The notes beneath the pieces were generated by a model that searched no databases, had not been told where the DNA came from, and worked only from the letters and a program-made list of their open reading frames with translations. This document shows positions 58,001 through 64,000 of a DNA stretch of 64,000 nucleotides, one piece after another. The position numbers were made by a program, and so were the translations under genes. The stretch is taken from NCBI GenBank assembly GCA_964057225.1, contig CAXKVF010000085.1:239303-303302 (forward strand), given 5' to 3'. The first letter of the stretch is position 1. Each line of letters opens with the position of its first letter. The stretch comes from Auanema rhodensis (Eukaryota > Animalia > Nematoda).

Positions 58001-60545
58001 TTTTATTGATATTGGTGCATGGTAACCATGACTTTGAAATTTACGTGAACTTTAATTTATGCTAATTAAATGTACACGTGATGTGCACTTGGTATGTAAC
58101 TCGCTTCACGTGAAAGATGAAGAGATGCGGTTTTCAAAATTAGATTCCCCATGTCCATATTAGTCTAAAAACAAATTTTTATTGATATTGGTGCATGGTA
58201 ACCATGACTTTGAAATTAACGTGAACTTTAATTTATGCTAATTAAATGTACACGTGATGGGCACTTGGTATGTAACTCGCTTCACGTGAAAGATAAAGAG
58301 ATGCGGTTTTCAAAATTAGATTCCCCATGTCCATATTAGTCTAAAAACAAATTTTTATTGATATTGGTTCATGGTAACCATGACTTTGAAAGTTACGTGA
58401 ACTTTAATTTATGCTAATTAAATGTACACGTGATGTGCACTTGGTATGTAACTCGCTTCACGTGAAAGATAAAGAGATGCGGTTTTCAAAATTAGATTCC
58501 CCATGTCCATATTAGTCTAAAAACAAATTTTTATTGACATTGGTGCATGGTAACCATGACTTTGAAATTTACGTGAACTTTAATTTATGCTAATTAAATG
58601 TACACGTGATGTGCACTTGGTATGTAACTCGCTTCACGTGAAAGATAAAGAGATGCGGTTTTCAAAATTAGATTCCCCATGTCCATATTAGTCTAAAAAC
58701 AAATTTTTATTGATATTGGTGCATGGTAACCATGACTTTGAAATTTACGTGAACTTTAATTTATGCTAATTAAATGTACACGTGATGTGCACTTGGTATG
58801 TAACTCGCTTCACGTGAAAGATGAAGAGATGCGGTTTTCAAAATTAGATTCCCCATGTCCATATTAGTCTAAAAACAAATTTTTATTGATATTGGTGCAT
58901 GGTAACCATGACTTTGAAATTTACGTGAACTTTAATTTATGCTAATTAAATGTACACGTGATGTGCACTTGGTATGTAACTCGCTTCACGTGAAAGATGA
59001 AGAGATGCGGTTTTCAAAATTAGATTCCCCATGTCCATATTAGTCTAAAAACAAATTTTTATTGACATTGGTGCATGGTAACCATGACTTTGAAATTTAC
59101 GTGAACTTTAATTTATGCTAATTAAATGTACACGTGATGTGCACTTGGTATGTAACTCGCTTCACGTGAAAGATAAAGAGATGCGGTTTTCAAAATTAGA
59201 TTCCCCATGTCCATATTAGTCTAAAAACAAATTTTTATTAATATTGGTGCATGGTAACCATGACTTTGAAATTTACGTGAACTTTAATTTATGCTAATTA
59301 AATGTACACGTGATGTGCACTTGGTATGTAACTCGCTTCACGTGAAAGATAACGAGATGCGGTTTTCAAAATTAGATTCCCCATGTCCATATTAGTCTAA
59401 AAACAAATTTTTATTGATATTGGTGCATGGTAACCATGACTTTGAAATTTACGTGAACTTTAATTTATGCTAATTAAATGTACACGTGATGGGCACTTGG
59501 TATGTAACTCGCTTCACGTGAAAGATAAAGAGATGCGGTTTTCAAAATTAGATTCCCCATGTCCATATTAGTCTAAAAACAAATTTTTATTGATATTGGT
59601 TCATGGTAACCATGACTTTGAAAGTTACGTGAACTTTAATTTATGCTAATTAAATGTACACGTGATGTGCACTTGGTATGGAACTCGCTTCACGTGAAAG
59701 ATAAAGAGATGCGGTTTTCAAAATTAGATTCCCCATGTCCATATTAGTCTAAAAACAAATTTTTATTGATATTTGTGCATGGTAACCATGACTTTGAAAT
59801 TTACGTGAACTTTAATTTATGCTAATTAAATGTACACGTGATGTGCACTTGGTATGTAACTCGCTTCACGTGAAAGATGAAGAGATGCGGTTTTCAAAAT
59901 TAGATTCCCCATGTCCATATTAGTCTAAAAACAAATTTTTATTGATATTGGTGCATGGTAACCATGACTTTGAAATTTACGTGAACTTTAATTTATGCTA
60001 ATTAAATGTACACGTGATGTGCACTTGGTATGTAACTCGCTTCACGTGAAAGATGAAGAGATGCGGTTTTCAAAATTAGATTCCCCATGTCCATATTAGT
60101 CTAAAAACAAATTTTTATTGACATTGGTGCATGGTAACCATGACTTTGAAATTTACGTGAACTTTAATTTATGCTAATTAAATGTACACGTGATGTGCAC
60201 TTGGTATGTAACTCGCTTCACGTGAAAGATAAAGAGATGCGGTTTTCAAAATTAGATTCCCCATGTCCATATTAGTCTAAAAACAAATTTTTATTGATAT
60301 TGGTGCATGGTAACCATGACTTTGAAATTTACGTGAACTTTAATTTATGCTAATTAAATGTACACGTGATGTGCACTTGGTATGTAACTCGCTTCACGTG
60401 AAAGATGAAGAGATGCGGTTTTCAAAATTAGATTCCCCATGTCCATATTAGTCTAAAAACAAATTTTTATTGATATTGGTGCATGGTAACCATGACTTTG
60501 AAATTTACGTGAACTTTAATTTATGCTAATTAAATGTACACGTGA
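55090..60545. repeat. Nested HORs: 7-mer-period duplication (55090-57377) overlapped by a 13-mer duplication (2288 bp: 55970-58257, 58258-60545)
   Basis: Block cons,A38G,[A38G+T105C],G103A,A40C,[T3G+G112T+T135G] starts at 55090, 56322 and 58610. T16G+G109T monomers start at 57378 and 59666. Confidence 0.88.
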
Positions 60546-63500
60546 TGTGCACTTGGTATGTAACTCGCTTCACGTGAAAGATAAGGAGATGCGGTTTTCA
60601 AAATTAGATTCCCCATGTCCATATTAGTCTAAAAACAATTTTTATTGATATTGGTGCATGGTAACCATGACTTTGAAATTTACGTGAACTTTAATTTATG
60701 CTAATTAAATGTACACGTGATGTGCACTTGGTATGTAACTCGCTTCACGTGAAAGATAAAGAGATGCGGTTTTCAAAATTAGATTCCCCATGTCCATATT
60801 AGTCTAAAAACAAATTTTTATTGATATTGGTTCATGGTAACCATGACTTTGAAATTTACGTGAACTTTAATTTATGCTAATTAAATGTACACGTGATGTG
60901 CACTTGGTATGTAACTCGCTTCACGTGAAAGATAAAGAGATGCGGTTTTCAAAATTAGATTCCCCATGTCCATATTAGTCTAAAAACAAATTTTTATTGA
61001 TATTGGTTCATGGTAACCATGACTTTGAAATTTACGTGAACTTTAATTTATGCTAATTAAATGTACACGTGATGTGCACTTGGTATGTAACTCGCTTCAC
61101 GTGAAAGATAAAGAGATGCGGTTTTCAAAATTAGATTCCCCATGTCCATATTAGTCTAAAAACAAATTTTTATTGATATTGGTGCATGGTAACCATGACT
61201 TTGAAATTTACGTGAACTTTAATTTATGCTAATTAAATGTACACGTGATGTGCACTTGGTATGTAACTCGCTTCACGTGAAAGATAAAGAGATGCGGTTT
61301 TCAAAATTAGATTCCCCATGTCCATATTAGTCTAAAAACAAATTTTTATTGATATTGGTGCATGGTAACCATGACTTTGAAATTTACGTGAACTTTAATT
61401 TATGCTAATTAAATGTACACGTGATGTGCACTTGGTATGTAACTCGCTTCACGTGAAAGATGAAGAGATGCGGTTTTCAAAATTAGATTCCCCATGTCCA
61501 TATTAGTCTAAAAACAAATTTTTATTGATATTGGTGCATGGTAACTATGACTTTGAAATTTACGTGAACTTTAATTTATGCTAATTAAATGTACACGTGA
61601 TGTGCACTTGGTATGTAACTCGCTTCACGTGAAAGATAAAGAGATGCGGTTTTCAAAATTAGATTCCCCATGTCCATATTAGTTTAAAAACAAATTTTTA
61701 TGATATTGGTGCATGGTAACCATGACTTTGAAATTTACGTGAACTTTAATTTATGCTAATTAAATGTACACGTGATGTGCACTTGGTATGTAACTCGCTT
61801 CACGTGAAAGATAAAGAGATGCGGTTTTCAAAATTAGATTCCCCATGTCCATATTAGTTTAAAAACAAATTTTTATTGATATTGGTGCATGGTAACCATG
61901 ACTTTGAAATTTACGTGAACTTTAATTTATGCTAATTAAATGTACACGTGATGTGCACTTGGTATGTAACTCGCTTCACGTGAAAGATAAAGAGATGCGG
62001 TTTTCAAAATTAGATTCCCCATGTCCATATTAGTCTAAAAACAAATTTTTATTGATATTGGTTCATGGTAACCATGACTTTGAAATTTACGTGAACTTTA
62101 ATTTATGCTAATTAAATGTACACGTGATGTGCACTTGGTATGTAACTCGCTTCACGTGAAAGATAAAGAGATGCGGTTTTCAAAATTAGATTCCCATGTC
62201 CATATTAGTCTAAAAACAAATTTTTATTGATATTGGTGCATGGTAACTATGACTTTGAAATTTACGTGAACTTTAATTTATGCTAATTAAATGTACACGT
62301 GATGTGCACTTGGTATGTAACTCGCTTCACGTGAAAGATAAAGAGATGCGGTTTTCAAAATTAGATTCCCCATGTCCATATTAGTCTAAAAACAAATTTT
62401 TATTGATATTGGTGCATGGTAACCATGACTTTGAAATTTACGTGAACTTTAATTTATGCTAATTAAATGTACACGTGATGTGCACTTGGTATGTAACTCG
62501 CTTCACGTGAAAGATAAAGAGATGCGGTTTTCAAAATTAGATTCCCCATGTCCATATTAGTCTAAAAACAAATTTTTATTGATATTGGTTCATGGTAACC
62601 ATGACTTTGAAATTTACGTGAACTTTAATTTATGCTAATTAAATGTACACGTGATGTGCACTTGGTATGTAACTCGCTTCACGTGAAAGATAAAGAGATG
62701 CGGTTTTCAAAATTAGATTCCCCATGTCCATATTAGTCTAAAAACAAATTTTTATTGATATTGGTGCATGGTAACCATGACTTTGAAATTTACGTGAACT
62801 TTAATTTATGCTAATTAAATGTACACGTGATGTGCACTTGGTATGTAACTCGCTTCACGTGAAAGATGAAGAGATGCGGTTTTTCAAAATTAGATTCCCC
62901 ATGTCCATATTAGTCTAAAAACAAATTTTTATTGATATTGGTGCATGGTAACCATGACTTTGAAATTTACGTGAACTTTAATTTATGCTAATTAAATGTA
63001 CACGTGATGTGCACTTGGTATGTAACTCGCTTCACGTGAAAGATAAAGAGATGCGGTTTTCAAAATTAGATTCCCCATGTCCATATTAGTCTAAAAACAA
63101 ATTTTTATTGATATTGGTGCATGGTAACCATGACTTTGAAATTTACGTGAACTTTAATTTATGCTAATTAAATGTACACGTGATGTGCACTTGGTATGTA
63201 ACTCGCTTCACGTGAAAGATAAAGAGATGCGGTTTTCAAAATTAGATTCCCCATGTCCATATTAGTCTAAAAACAAATTTTTATTGATATTGGTGCATGG
63301 TAACCATGACTTTCGAAATTTACGTGAACTTTAATTTATGCTAATTAAATGTACACGTGATGTGCACTTGGTATGTAACTCGCTTCACGTGAAGATAAAG
63401 AGATGCGGTTTTCAAAATTAGATTCCCCATGTCCATATTAGTCTAAAAACAAATTTTTATTGATATTGGTTCATGGTAACCATGACTTTGAAATTTACGT

Positions 63501-64000
63501 GAACTTTAATTTATGCTAATTAAATGTACACGTGATGTGCACTTGGTATGTAACTCGCTTCACGTGAAAGATAAAGAGATGCGGTTTTCAAAATTAGATT
63601 CCCCATGTCCATATTAGTCTAAAAACAAATTTTTATTGATATTGGTTCATGGTAACCATGACTTTGAAATTTACGTGAACTTTAATTTATGCTAATTAAA
63701 TGTACACGTGATGTGCACTTGGTATGTAACTCGCTTCACGTGAAAGATAAAGAGATGCGGTTTTCAAAATTAGATTCCCCATGTCCATATTAGTCTAAAA
63801 ACAAATTTTTATTGATATTGGGTTCGATGTAACCATGACTTTGAAATTTACGTGAACTTTATTTTATGCTAATTAAATGTACACGTGATGTGCACTTGGT
63901 ATGTAACTCGCTTCACGTGAAAGATAAAGAGATGCGGTTTTTTCAAAATTTAGATTCCCCATGTCCATATTAGTCTAAAAACAAATTTTTATTGATATTG

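Larger units (their letters stand above)
1..64000. repeat. Tandem satellite DNA array, 176-bp monomer, ~364.6 copies, single orientation; candidate centromeric/pericentromeric satellite. Extends to both window edges.
   Basis: The monomer start motif recurs at 1, 177, 353, 529 ... with an exact 176-bp period. Phase shifts are fully explained by small indels (monomers starting 9505, 35906, 42772, 46819 and several after 60546) and two 87-bp deletions (monomers 27456, 29481). No non-satellite sequence seen. The satellite call is direct; the centromeric role is inference only. Confidence 0.99.

Noticed and set aside
1-60545. Monomer variant order as an information-bearing code or barcode
   Set aside because: The ordered patterns are adequately explained by nested tandem duplications; nothing in the sequence supports a coding function.
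1-64000. Protein-coding repeat ORF on either strand
   Set aside because: Each monomer has stops in all three forward frames (e.g. TAA16, TGA30, TAG80) and all three reverse frames (e.g. plus-strand TCA25, TCA53, CTA84), and 176 is not a multiple of 3.
1-64000. CRISPR array or other repeat-spacer system (palindromic repeats at regular spacing)
   Set aside because: There are no unique spacers: the whole 176 bp is repeated nearly identically, and no cas genes or leader are present.
1-64000. Tandem 5S rRNA, tRNA, snRNA or spliced-leader gene array
   Set aside because: I recognise no conserved RNA gene sequence, cloverleaf or Pol III A/B/C boxes in the monomer. An Rfam/Infernal scan would be the decisive check.
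1-64000. Transposon insertions, strand inversions or telomeric repeats within the array
   Set aside because: Monomer phase can be tracked arithmetically across the whole window with no foreign sequence or orientation switch.

Overview
The whole 64-kb window is one uninterrupted, single-orientation, head-to-tail satellite DNA array. The monomer is 176 bp and ~32% GC; by hand count there are 364 complete monomers plus one partial copy at the end. Consensus (e.g. 529-704): TGTGCACTTGGTATGTAACTCGCTTCACGTGAAAGATAAAGAGATGCGGTTTTCAAAATTAGATTCCCCATGTCCATATTAGTCTAAAAACAAATTTTTATTGATATTGGTGCATGGTAACCATGACTTTGAAATTTACGTGAACTTTAATTTATGCTAATTAAATGTACACGTGA. Most monomers differ from consensus by 0-3 substitutions. 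Mononucleosome-scale length, high homogeneity and local higher-order repeats (HORs) are typical of a eukaryotic centromeric or heterochromatic satellite, but I cannot identify the organism or family, and function cannot be shown from sequence. I see no genes, RNA genes, transposon insertions or CRISPR array, so no protein-based novel system is supported. The structure worth following up is: (i) a hidden two-fold (dyad) symmetry of the monomer plus several local palindromes; (ii) an 89-bp half-monomer whose deletion removes almost exactly the fold-back segment and was copied in a 2025-bp 12-mer duplication; (iii) a chain of short-lived HORs of changing period (5, 7, 6, 21, 12, 4, 23, 7/13); (iv) regional variant domains; (v) an indel-rich last 3.5 kb that may be sequencing error. 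Variant names (e.g. G112T) use monomer coordinates with position 1 = first T of TGTGCAC. All counts were made by eye and should be verified computationally.
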